NCBI RefSeq assembly: GCF_036321535.1
Contig: NC_087447.1
Location: 35,280,001-35,344,000, forward strand
From: Camelus dromedarius
Taxonomy: Eukaryota
Length of the DNA stretch: 64,000 bases
Direction: 5' to 3'
Notes under the pieces: model-generated
What the model saw: only the letters and a program-made list of their open reading frames with translations
Databases searched by the model: none
What the model was told of the DNA's origin: nothing
Made by a program: the position numbers and the translations under genes
Shown: positions 48,801 to 59,900 of the stretch, piece by piece
Position numbering within the stretch: position 1 is the stretch's first letter
How the letters are laid out: every line of letters begins with the position of its first letter

Positions 48801-51800
48801 ACCTTCCCTGTAGAGATTGTGACACTGAGTTCCCATGACAGATCCTAAAACCCAGCCACCTGGGCTTGGAAGCAGCACGGCTGAGAAGTTCAGAGCCAAG
48901 CCCTGGATTCTGGCAGACCTAATATGGCTTCTGCTCTGCTGTGTACTCATGTTGTGGAAGAGCATTTAGTGGCCCCGAGAAGCATAGTAATGTCTTCAGG
49001 GAAAAAGAGAGCAATAAAATATGATCCATCTTTGTCCAAATACTTTCTCTCATCGTGAAACATAATCTAGGAAGTTGTACGTCAAACGATATTCATGTTT
49101 CTATGGAGTGGGATCTTATTCTTGGTTTTTAGAATATCCTACAATGACATGTTCACTCATTTATTCATTCCTCAGCTATTCACTGAGCGCCTTCAATGCA
49201 ACAGCCGCTACACTAGATGTTGAGTATTAACTGGGGAGTGAGGGGGCAAGAAATTGCCAGATCTTGGCTATGCCTTTATGAAAATGAAACTTGTAACTGG
49301 GAGAAAAATGATTATACACACTTAGAGAGAAAACTCATACTTACTTGATGATAAAATCAGTAAGATTCCAATAAATAAAAGGGAGAGACCATGTACAAAA
49401 AGTATAGTGAAAGAAAGCATGACTGGGATATTGTGCTGTACACCAGAGACAGACACATTGTAAAAGCTGATTTCCATAATAAAAATATTTGTTTAGCATG
49501 TATCTGTGTCAACATTAAACTGTAATCTGTGAGGAATGCTATTTTAAAAAAAGGATAGTGAAAGAAAAGAGAAAGCAAGGTGTCACAGATCTCCTTAAGA
49601 TTGTTTTCTTCCCCCAAAGAACAGCAATCACCAGGTGTTAATGTCACTAGTCATTCCCATCCTGTCCTCCTTAAAATGAAGACAATCGGAATTGGCTCAC
49701 CTTTCACAGGTCTCCTGCCCCATTACTCCCTCCATCAAGCAGACTATCCATTCCTGCAGTCGGGAGGCCCAGGGAAATGATGTTCCTCTTGTTTCTTCTA
49801 CTTCACAAGTTCATCATTAGATATGTGAGAGGACCAACTGTTTCATTAAGGATATAGACTCCTAATTCTATTTGGTGTGAGTCCCTTCTTACAAAGCCCA
49901 TACCCTCTCAAAAAGAGAGAACACTTTCTTTGTAGCTTGGAGTTTCTGATCTGCATACTCCAGGCACCAGGAAACCCCTGTACTCCAACCTGCCTGGGCT
50001 TCATTCCACAGTTCTTCCCCCAAAGGCGACTGGCCAAGGCTTACTGCTCCTCTAAAACCTCCTGGACTCTACCTGATGGGATGGATCAAGATAAAGGATG
50101 TGCTGGGGAGCATGGTGGGGTTTTGTCACCAGCCCACTGTCAGCAACAGAAAGTCTACTCTAAGAGTCTGCAACTCGTGTTGTCAATGGACAAAAAGCTC
50201 TGCACTGAGTTTTAAAAATTTTTCTTTCTTTTTAAACACTTGCAAAATGGAGTACTGAATTATAGACAACTCAAAACCTCAAATCTCTCTTGGAATTGTG
50301 TAATATTGGTGGAACTAAGAACTCATTTGGGGAGGGGAAAGTTTTAAAGTCCCAATAATTCTTCTTAAGCTTTGTTTAAGTTTTAGGTGATTAATAATAA
50401 ATACACCTTGTGAATCACTATTAAGCCTTCTGTACTAGTCTCTTCAGATATCTAGATTGCTATGTATATTTTTCAATTTTACAAAATAGAAAGGATTTCA
50501 GTCTAGATGGACAATAAAATGTTACGTCGAAGAGAAACTCCTTTTCCTTTGATGTTCATTAACAGGAAAATCCAACATGGGTAATTTACCACTTATGACT
50601 GAGCAAAGTCCAACTTTTAGATTTACCGGAGAGTCTGTCTCAATCTGATTAGTTAGTAAACAAGGAGTGCTTGTTTAGCGCTCTGTGTTCTAAACATCCA
50701 GGAACTTCCTGGTTTCTCTTACATGATTTACAACACAATGGTTCAATAAACAAACAGGTATGTTTAGGTCCAAGTGATTGTCTTCCAATTTTCCTTGAAT
50801 TAAATTGATTCTCTGCTTAAGTGGAGACTCATATCTCATTAGTCACATTGTCTCTTTCTATATTCCCAGTAGTGTGTCCTCTGGTCAGAATATGAAAAAG
50901 AATATGTATATATATGTATAACTGAATCACTATGCTGTATACAATACTGTAAAACTAATACAATATTGTACATCAGCTATAATTTAAAAAACACAGATGC
51001 AGAATGGAAAGACATGATGAATACAACTTCAGAGGCAACCCTACAATGGTCCAAGCCTCCTGCAGTTGTCAGATGAGCCAGGCTGAATGAGGCTCTTGCC
51101 AGTGGATGTTGGATCCTTGTCAAGGCTTGCTTTATCTTGCTGTGTAGCCCTGTAACCACTACTCTGCTAAATGTCTCCAGTCTCAATCCACACCCAGCAA
51201 TCCACTCTTCCTCCCTCAGCAGGGTGGTCAGGAACCTCCCACAGCAGGTCCCACTGTGTTCTAGAGCTCTTGTCAGTGAAGTGCAAGCGCCTCCTCTTTC
51301 TTGGCTTTTACACATTTTCCCCCAGCCTGCCACCCTCCAGTTACCCTCCAGAAGGTGCACTCTCTACGTCCTCCATTATCTGTCTGCATCCGTCCTGGGG
51401 ACCTTCCATTCCTACGCCTCCAATGTGTCCCGTCCACCATTCACATTCTTATTTCCTGGCCTGCACCACACCTCGAGTCACAGTCCTGTCACCTGGGGGC
51501 CTTAGAGCACTGGCTGCACTGATTGTGCTGCTGAGACGAGGATGAGGTCGGATGCCCACTGGGTCTTCACCCTGTCTGCCACACCTCTCATGACCTGACC
51601 CCCGTGCAGTCCAACGTCATCTCACCATTTTCACATTCCCTGTAGGATGGTGGGGGCAGGGCTGGGGTGCATACACATACTTCTCCACGCGCCCCCATTG
51701 TTCGATGTGAAATTGTTTCATCCACGCCTGGGGTAAGAGGATCTTCAAAGCTATGTGGCTCTGCTTCTCTGGTGCCTATTTTGAACATAACTCTTAGTTC

Positions 51801-51924
51801 TCTGGACCCCTGGGGATGCCCTCTGGCCCAAAGACAGTGACAGCAGTCCCATTAGTCGCTCCACTTGTGGTAACTCCCAAGCTCACGCATCTCAGAGACC
51901 AGTGCATGTTCCCTCTTAGCTCTT

Positions 51925-53298
51925 ACTTTTCTTAAAAATTGACTTAATTGTTCATGGACCTTTATTCACCCATAAAGAATAAACTTGTAGCTTTCCTAAA
52001 AAAAATACCACTGGGAATTTTTTTATTAGCATTGCACTGAATTTATAAAATAATCGGAGAATTGATATCTTTGCTAAGTTCAACATCCTCTCCGTGAGCA
52101 TGACATACATCCTGACTTTTTATTCTTTAACAAACGTTTGCATTTTCTCTATAAGTATTTGCGATATTTAAGGTTGTTTCCTAGACAGTTAATGTTTTTG
52201 GTACTATTTTGTATTGCATTTTTTAACTGTTAAAAATTGTTGTAGAGAAACACTACTGATTCTGAAATTTTTTATTTTAAATAAGGTAATCTCACTAAAT
52301 TCTCTAAAGAGTTCTATTAGTTTGCCATTTGATTCTGATGGGTTTTCTTCGTGAAAGGTTGTATCACCTTGAGATAATGATAGTTTCATTTCTTCTCTTC
52401 CACTTCTCATCCTCCTCTTGTGTCTTGTCTTACCATTGGCCAGGTCCTCCAGAAGGATAGAAAACTGAGGTGGTAAGAATAGGACATGCATGTCTCATTC
52501 TTGGTCTTCTTGAGAACGCACCTAAAGTTGCTTCATTACATGTGATGTTTGCTATGGAGCAAAAATTCTCCAACTTTTTGGTCTCAGAGTCTCATTACAC
52601 TTCTAAAAGTTATTCAGGTCCCCAAAGAACTTTTGTTTATGGAGACGCTCAATATTAACCATATTGGAGAGGAAAAATTTATTCTTTAAAAAATACTCAT
52701 AAATCCACTCATGTTAACCTAAATAGTATATTTTAATGGAAACTACCTTTTTCCAGAACAAAGAAATTAATATAAATAGTAGTTTCACACTTGTGAAAAA
52801 ATTTTAATGTCTGGCTTAATAGAATATAGATAGATTCTCATGTCTGATCATTCAATCGATCACAAGATATTATTTAGGTTGAAGTAAATGAAAACAATTC
52901 GACCTCACACAGATATACAGGAAGGAAAGAGGAGAGCATTTTAATAGCATTTGTAGATAATTTAGGCCATTCTTTGATATGACACCCAAACTTGACAAGT
53001 GGTAGTTTCTTAAATGTCAGTTGCAGTGTAGAAATCTAAAACCACATTGATGATCTTTTCATACCCAGTATACTCATGAAAACATGAGAATGAAAAAGGA
53101 GAAGCGTGTCCTAGCACTACTGTAAGAATAGTTTTGACCTTACAGAGTTTCCAAAAGGGTCTTCCTAGAACCCACCACGAGATTGCTGCTATAGATTACT
53201 GATACTTCACCGTTATCAAGTCTCAAAGGCTTTTTTCTTATTTTATTATACCATAAAGAAAATAGTTAATAGGTGTTGGGTGGTATGAAATGCATGGT
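51925..53298 (-). mobile_element. Old LINE-1 ORF2 (RT) fragment with a nested hAT-Charlie1-like element (~52557-53190)
   Basis: ORF 52204..52491 (EEMKLSL..DT..HEENP.ES..KLIELFREFS) is decayed L1 RT; Charlie-type end aactttttggtctcagag...cccaaagaacttttgtttatg. Confidence 0.7.
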
Positions 53299-53729
53299 TG
53301 AGAGGCTGAGAGGGCTTCCTGTGACCTGGAGCTGAAAGTTCAGCATAGGCACACGGAGTGGTGAGGACTTCAGGGCACCCATGAGACTCGGTGGGGCTGG
53401 CCTTTCCATTTTGAAGATCAAAGGTTTTAGACACGAACTCCAAGGATTTAATTTCTGACACATCAGCTGTCTGGCCCAGCAGGGACCATCCTGAGCAAAT
53501 GACCAGGAAAGCAAGGTCCAGGCTGGAGGAGTTGTCCTCTAACCACAGGGGTCTCCATCCCAGAGCTCCAAACCCTTCCCCTCTGCAGCCCAGGTGGCCC
53601 TGCCTCAGCCCCTCCAGCCCTGACAGCAGAGCTGTCCTCCTGCCTGAGGCTGCCGGGCAGAGCAGACCTGCCCTGTTTCCTCAGGGTTGTACAACAGGGA
53701 CAATGACCTGTGGATGAAGACAACCATTG
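53299..53729 (+). repeat. Inverted repeat arm 2 (431 bp): upstream promoter of the SAA pseudogene
   Basis: Reverse complement of 43184-43614; continues directly into the NF-kB/TATA core promoter. Confidence 0.95.
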
Positions 53730-53850
53730 GGGTCCAGTAAGTTATGCTTCCCAGTTTGTCAGAGAAATGACCTGCAGGGACCTTCCCCAGGCAGCAGGCC
53801 AGCTTTTCTGCTCACCCCTCAACCCAGCAGGGAGGACTCAGCATAAATAC
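53686..53850 (+). promoter_or_regulatory. SAA acute-phase proximal promoter: C/EBP-like site 53686-53695, NF-kB-like site 53777-53786, TATA-like box 53842-53849
   Basis: GTTGTACAAC ... gaaatgacctgca GGGACCTTCC ccag ... CATAAATA. Same order and context as the human SAA1/2 promoter as I recall it (gaaatgacctgcagggactttcccc...tataaatag). Confidence 0.8.
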
Positions 53851-54321
53851 CAGCCACCTGGTAGGGACCAGGCAGGCAGGGACCAGCAGCTCTTCTCCAC
53901 CGGCAGTCAGGTGGAGGATGACTCCAAGGAGACATTTCTTTACAAACACTTACTTTAAAAAGGAATTCTTCTGTTCTGTACTTGTCCTGTGTGAGGTCAG
54001 TGCTGGCTGAGTGGCATATGGGAAATGCATTTGGATTAATTATAGGCTGCTTTAGGGAGGGACAACGTGGTCCCAACTGCCCTCTTCCTCCACAGATGCT
54101 ACCTTGGAGCTCTCTTGGATGGTCCTGGATTCAGGGCTGGTGGATTCAGAACTGAGGGCTTGAGGCTCTGAGTGAGGTCCTATTGCAATGTTTCCTAGAT
54201 GGACCACTCAGAGTCTAATGAGAACTGATGGAAATGAACAACCAGGCTCTCCTGACACACAGATCCCACCGGGGGTGTGCAAGTCTTGTCCGTGTATGCT
54301 GACCCTGTGCTTTCATTTCAG

Positions 54322-54413
54322 CACAGTGAAGCTTTTCACAGGCCTCATCGCCTGCTCCTCGGTGCTGGGAGTCCACAGCTGATTGTTTTCCTTCCTTGAG
54401 GATCCTTTTGAAG
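54322..54413 (+). pseudogene. SAA exon 2 (signal peptide), start codon lost, premature stop
   Basis: tttcag|CACA GTG AAG CTT TTC ACA GGC CTC ATC GCC TGC TCC TCG GTG CTG GGA GTC CAC AGC TGA TTG TTT TCC TTC CTT GAG GAT CCT TTT GAA G|gtaag; homologous to the MKLxTGLxFCSLVLGVxS leader of SAA. Confidence 0.9.
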
Positions 54414-55320
54414 GTAAGGTCGATGGAGGGGGGATGGCTCCCCAACCTCTTAAGGGTTGGAGCCACTGTCCTAGGTGGTATTGTCCTTTATGGTAGAATG
54501 TGCCAGGTGTCTGGGGAGCCTTTTTCAAGGAGATTGAAAGCCACAGGATTTATGTCAGTTACTGGAGAAAGAACACTCATCCATCCCAGCTGAAATATAA
54601 GTTTGAATGGAAGACACAAAGTCTTGAAATGTTACAAAATTCCCCTCAGACCAAACTGCATGAAGCAGAAAGACAGCTGGCCGTCTCCTCCTCCTCCCCT
54701 CTCCTCTGCGTGCCTCCCTCCTTCCTCCTCCCTTCATCCCCCTGCCTCTCTTCCTTCCATTTCCTAATCGGATAATTCAGAGAGACCTTCCACTTAGCTC
54801 TTGCTCATGCTTCCTGTACTCAGTGATGCTGTCCCTGGTTTAGTCTGTTTCTTACCTTTTTCTAGCTTTTTAACAGACACAAAAATGTGTGTAGGGGGAA
54901 CTTAGTAACATAAATTGAGGCTCCACTAGGAACTCAGCACTTCCATGCAATTTAGGGTGACCAGGTCTCCTGGTTTGCCCAGGTCTGAGGTTTGGTCACC
55001 TGGTTACTTGCAGAATACCTCTGTGAGGGAGGCATCGTTCCCTACCTGGAGGGGAGAAAATCGAGACTGAAAGCAGCTGAGTCCATTGCCAAGGTATTAC
55101 CTGCCAGGCAGCAGGTGGCAGGGCAGAGGTTTGAACCCAGCTGTGCACGAGGCCAAAGCTTTTCCCAGGTGCACTTGTCCCTGTACCACTTCCTAGAGCC
55201 TGGTGCTTATCAGTCTCAGCTGCATGTTGGAGTCCCCTGGGAGCAATAAACACTGCTGACGCCTGAGCCCCTCCCAACCCCCAGAGAGTCTGAGGTAATT
55301 GGCCTGCAGTGTGGGGTCTT

Positions 55321-55358
55321 GTCAGACTTCCAGGGTCTCGTCAGACTTCCAGGGTCTC
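55321..55358 (+). repeat. Perfect 19-bp tandem duplication in SAA intron 2
   Basis: gtcagacttccagggtctc x2. Confidence 0.9.
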
Positions 55359-55654
55359 CCCTGCTGATTGCAAAGAGCAGTCAAGCCTGAGAAAGTGAAC
55401 CCCTGCTCTCGGGCTTGCTTCTTCAAGCAACCCTCATCGTCAGTACAGTCAGACTAGAAGGTTCTCCGGATGCCACTCATGCACAATAGGATCAGGGGAC
55501 TCAGGTCACAGCTAGCGCATTCACGCTGCAGGAATACACGTCTTAGGCATCAGGGCAGACGTGCTACGTTTGCGCCTTTCTCAGAATCTGTCTTCCATGT
55601 CACCACCTCACTCCCCAAGCCCCTGGATCTTTTATGTGCAGCTTCCTCCTATAA

Positions 55655-55865
55655 CAGTGGTTCTGGACCCAAAGCAAGTTTGTGTCCTGGGGACACTGGG
55701 CAGTGTTCGGAAACAGTTTTGGTTGTCACCCTGGGGAATATGGTGCCACATCTAGTGGGTCAAGGTCAGGGATGCTGCTAAACAGTTACAATATTCAGGA
55801 CAGCCCTGAACAACAAGGAATTACCTGGCCTCGAATTTCGATGGTGCCAAGTCAAGAAACCCTGT
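55655..55865 (+). mobile_element. MER20 (hAT-Charlie MITE) in SAA intron 2
   Basis: cagtggttct...ttttggttgtcac...catctagtgggt..ggtcagggatgctgctaaaca...gaaaccctg. Confidence 0.8.
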
Positions 55866-56182
55866 CCTGTAATGGTACCTTCCTTCTCCCATTCAAACAC
55901 GTCACATAGAGCCCTCCGTGAGTTGGAGCTCAGAGCCAGCATCACAGGGGTCAGACAATCAGGTCCAGCACAGCTGTGCCTCCCTCACAGAGACTCTGTA
56001 TGGAGTTACCTGGAGAGGGCAACTGGAGTAAGGAATGCTCTTCTCAATCTATGGCATACATGGTGCTATGACCACAGGCTGAAATTGAGTCAGTGGTAGA
56101 TTTTTCATTCCTTGATTCTTCTCTAATTTGTGTCACACTTTTCTGGTCCTTTGACTTACTTTTTCATGTGCTTTCTTTCCAG

Positions 56183-56315
56183 GGGCTAAAGACTTCTTGA
56201 GAACCTACTCTGTGTTGGTAGAAACCGGTGTAAGAATGTTAAGCAAGTTATTCCGGGGGAACCGTAACACTACCAAAAGGAGACCTAGGGATGTCTGGGC
56301 TGCTGAAGTGATCAG
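56183..56315 (+). pseudogene. SAA exon 3, open but heavily diverged
   Basis: ttccag|GG GCT AAA GAC...GTG ATC AG|gtacc; AKDFLRTYSVLVETGVRMLSKLFRGNRNTTKRRPRDVWAAEVI versus canonical ARDMWRAYSDMREANY...DKYFHARGNYDAAKRGPGGVWAAEAI. Confidence 0.88.
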
Positions 56316-56697
56316 GTACCAGGGGCCCTGGGGAGGCAGGGACAGGTGAGCAGAGCTTGGCTGCCTTGGACAGCCAGGAGGGGCCAAGCCCTGGAGAACT
56401 GTCCTCCTCTTGTCCACAGTCCCCTCTGTGCCCAGTGTGGGGTCTGAGTGGCTGAAGAGCAGGGCAAGGCTGGTGGCACAGGTCACTCCCAGCCCTCTCC
56501 ATATGGTGCTGGTCACCCTGCATGAGGGCCAGTCACCAGGGTTGAGCTGTGCTGTGCCTGGACAGCCTCAGGGTTTTAGCCCCTGTTTCCTTGGCTCCTC
56601 AGGGGCATGAATTCCTTGTAGAGAGGAGAGATGGGGCAGGTGGGGCTGTTGCTCATCAGCCCTGGATTCATCTCCTCCCTGCCATCCTCCCTTCCAG

Positions 56698-56860
56698 TGA
56701 TGCCAGAGAGAATGTTCAGAGGGTCACAGACCTTTTTCAGCATGGAGGCAGTGGCCATGGAGCGGAGGACTCAAGGGCCAACCAGGCTGCCAGTGAATGG
56801 GGCCGGAGCGGCAAAGACCCCAATCACTTCCGACCCGCCGGCCTGCTTGACAAGTACTGA
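56698..56860 (+). pseudogene. SAA exon 4 coding part, intact frame, with an 8-residue insertion relative to human SAA1/2
   Basis: ttccag|T GAT GCC AGA GAG...GAC AAG TAC TGA; the C-terminal [20 protein letters not shown] motif is diagnostic of SAA (inside ORF 56549..56860). Confidence 0.93.
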
Positions 56861-56953
56861 GCTGCCTCTCCCTCTGCTCAGGAGACGGGGCTCTGAGCCT
56901 CGTGAGAGCAGGGACACCGAGTTAGTGAGTCTCTGTCCACAGAAGCAGCATCT

Positions 56954-56959
56954 AATAAA
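56954..56959 (+). terminator. SAA polyadenylation signal AATAAA
   Basis: AATAAA ~95 nt after the exon 4 stop, followed by a GT/T-rich stretch. Confidence 0.75.
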
Positions 56960-59900
56960 TGCTTAAGAGATTGAATGTTGAAAACTGTGTGTTATTCTTT
57001 TGTATAAGAACAGTCTGTTACCAAGGGGTGATGCTTGAACACTCAGGTCAAGGCTGAGTGTGCGCCTATGTGATTCATGTCTGGGAGCCACACATTGGTC
57101 CCGAAAACAGGGACAGTGTCACTGAGCTTTGAGTCCCCAGGAACTGAGACAGGGCATCCTAAGGTATCCATAATTTTTTGTTGAACTGAATTTTTTTGCT
57201 GTAAACTGCAATCTCTGAGAGATTCTCTGGGAAGAATGGCCAGCTGGAGACATATGGAAGATGAGCCTGTGATCGGAGGGTCCCAGGAACCCCCAGGTGA
57301 CCTGTACCCATGCCCTGGCCTCCCAGGACCCCAATGAGGCCCTCTAGTCTCAGGGCCCCAGTTTGTCCTCCGGAGTAAGCCTGCGCTGGCACGGCATTGG
57401 CCATCACGCTGGCTCCCCAGGGGCTGCAGGCATGGCTCTGGCACAAGCCCTGGACAGCCCCACCCACACTTCTTCCTCTGGTCAAGCTGAGGCCTCCTCG
57501 GGTATTTTGTTGCTGTTTCAGACCTCTCTGGGCCTGACTCCCCAGTCAGTTGCATCCCGCCCTCCCTGCCTCCAGGCCTCGTTCACAGGGACCTCTTTCC
57601 AAATCAAGAAGGTACATTGCTTCAGCAGTTCTAATCCCCGGATGCCTGTCCTGGGAAACACCATCTTGACTCCAGGTATTTCTCATCCACACCAGAGCCG
57701 ACCCCCCGCTCAGTTGTTCACCTGAGAAACAGTTTCCGTATTAGTTTCCCTTTATTCTCACCACTTGTAGTTCAGGCAAAATACTACTTTGAGTTCTACA
57801 GAGGAAGTCACATACATAGACAGACACTTACGACACAATTTAATAAAAGCTTCCAGAGAAGCACACACTGATGAGGGTCCCAACTCTGCCGGGGTGGGGG
57901 CGGCTAGGGAGCAGTAATTACGGTAACGGCCGTTTTCTTTCATTGCAAATGTTCTACACTGTACAGGCTTTATTGGATTGGCCACAGAGAAATTCTTTGC
58001 ATTTCTCAGGTGGAGAATCTGAGGTTGAGAGGTAAAGGCTTAGGACCTTGTTCCAGGTCACACACGCAGCAGGTGCCCAGCCAGGATTGCAGGCTGGTGT
58101 GTCTGATCCAGCGCAGCAGAGTGATGTCTGACAAGGCAACGGGTGCAGAGCTGGGGACCCTCTGTCCCGGATCTCCACACCAGGTGTAAGTGGCCAGGAA
58201 GCTCTGACTCGGGAGATGCCGGACCAGTTAAGGACGCACCACAGCTAGTCCCTCATCGTACGAGCATCACCTCACGGAGTCCGGACACTCAGTGCCCGCT
58301 TCCCCAGTAAATTACCACATTGAAAACCCAGACTCAATCCATGTCTCTCTTCACTCTTGCACATTTTTCTCTTCCTCTTCGGAGTCAAACTTGTTGAAAG
58401 TCTGCCCATCTGCACTTCCTGATTCCTCACTTCTGACTCACACTGGAATCCACACTAGTCAGAACTCTGTCCCCAACACTCCACCAAATTAGCTCTGGCC
58501 ACCATCGACCTCCATGTCACCAAATCAACTGACACGTTTCTCTCCTTGTATCAGGAGACCCCTGAGCCACACTCAGCACAGGTGCTCTCCCTCTCTTCTG
58601 GAAGGTTCTCTCTTGGCTTCATACTAGCACACTCTCCTTCTGTTTCCTTTCAATTTTCCTTTATCTCCTTAGCCGAGTCTTATCCTCTCTCCAAACTCTA
58701 AGTGGCCTTCAGACTTGATTCTGCGCTGTCACTTTCTATTTCTCTATATTTTTGCCAAAGTGCAGCAAATAGTATCTATGTGCTGATGGCTATGAAAATT
58801 ATATGTCCACCTCGGAACCTGGAGTTGTGCCTTTGATGGAGGGACACAAACTGTCTGTGGAGACCCCGCTCTGAGGGAGCTGTGAGAATGAGTCACAAAA
58901 CTTCCCCTCCTCCGTCTCTCCAGCTCCTGGCAGAGCTCCGCATTGGCTAAACCCAGCCAGGCCCAGTGCAAAGGGCTCAGATGATGTGGTCTGGGCAGGC
59001 CCACCTCCAGGGCAGAAATCAGGATGGAGTGTGGTGCCGGTGGGGCAAGTGGGAGACACTCACACAGCTGCAGGGGTTGATTCCATAATTGGAGGGTTCA
59101 GGGTAAGTAACTCGTGTCCAGGACTCTCTGGTGGAGTGTGACAGTGATGTGAGGACCACCAGCTAGTCTCCCCTCCCAGGGCTCAAAGTCCAGTATTGTC
59201 AAAAGTTACTAAAGTTTCAGTGGAACCAGAGGGCAAGATGGGAAGGCGTGGAAAAAATTGGCTGCTGGCTGCTCAGAGTTGCAACTAAGGCTAGCTCTTA
59301 TTTTATACAGATTCAAAACAATCTGGTTCTACAAATGTATGTATTATCTTAATATACTCAGTTTATAGAGGGTTCTCAACTTAGGGGGCTTTTAAACTGC
59401 CGGTGGCTTTATTTTCCCAGACTCTGTTTGCACTGTGATGTTTCAAACTCTCTTCTTTATCCTTAGCATTTGGGTCATTTTCATTATGCAACATCACTGC
59501 AGCACTGATTCAAGCTCCAGTATCCTATTTGCTTTAAAGCTTTTCTCCCAGCCCTGTTGTTGGTTAGATTATAGCTGAGGGCACTTGGAGGGGTGAGGAT
59601 ATGGCCAGTTCTTTCACTATTCTGCCTGTTCTAGCAACTTGGAGGAGGACAGGTTGTTCCAGGTCTGAGGGGCCTTCCCATGACACATCCCAGATCCAGC
59701 CTTGGGAGCAGGGGAGATACATAAAGGAGGGAGGGGCCATTTTGACATCACTCTGGTTGGATGTGCTTCTGGCTGATGCTGACATTCTCAGCCAATGTGA
59801 TGGTCTCCCAAAGGTGGTGGTACCACTGATGTGAAGTTCAGCTTCACACCAGCCCCCCTCATGCACGGAGAACTCCCCAGAGAGGAGCAGATGTACCCAT

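Larger units (their letters stand above)
53870..56960 (+). pseudogene. SAA2: Serum amyloid A (SAA1/SAA2-type; positional SAA2 orthologue), 4 exons, disabled for the normal secreted protein
   Basis: Non-coding exon 1 (~53870-53910). Exon 2 (54322-54413) has GTG instead of ATG at 54326 and in-frame TGA at 54380. Exon 3 (56183-56315) is 6 nt short and lacks the SAA signature. Exon 4 (56698-56860) encodes [59 protein letters not shown] at 56954. Same strand as HPS5, like human SAA2; the paralogue name is positional only. Confidence 0.88.

Noticed and set aside
51885..51922. Weak similarity of the reverse complement (gctaagagggaa...ctggtctctgagatg) to 43615-43655, hinting that inverted homology continues past the L1
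   Set aside because: Only ~35 bp with gaps, and the intervening L1 lacks its 3' end, so it is not a clean insertion. It could be chance; a sensitive alignment such as LASTZ is needed.
57043..57555. 170-aa minus-strand ORF and overlapping ORFs downstream of SAA
   Set aside because: GC-rich region with ORFs in several frames, no recognisable domain and no supported splice structure.
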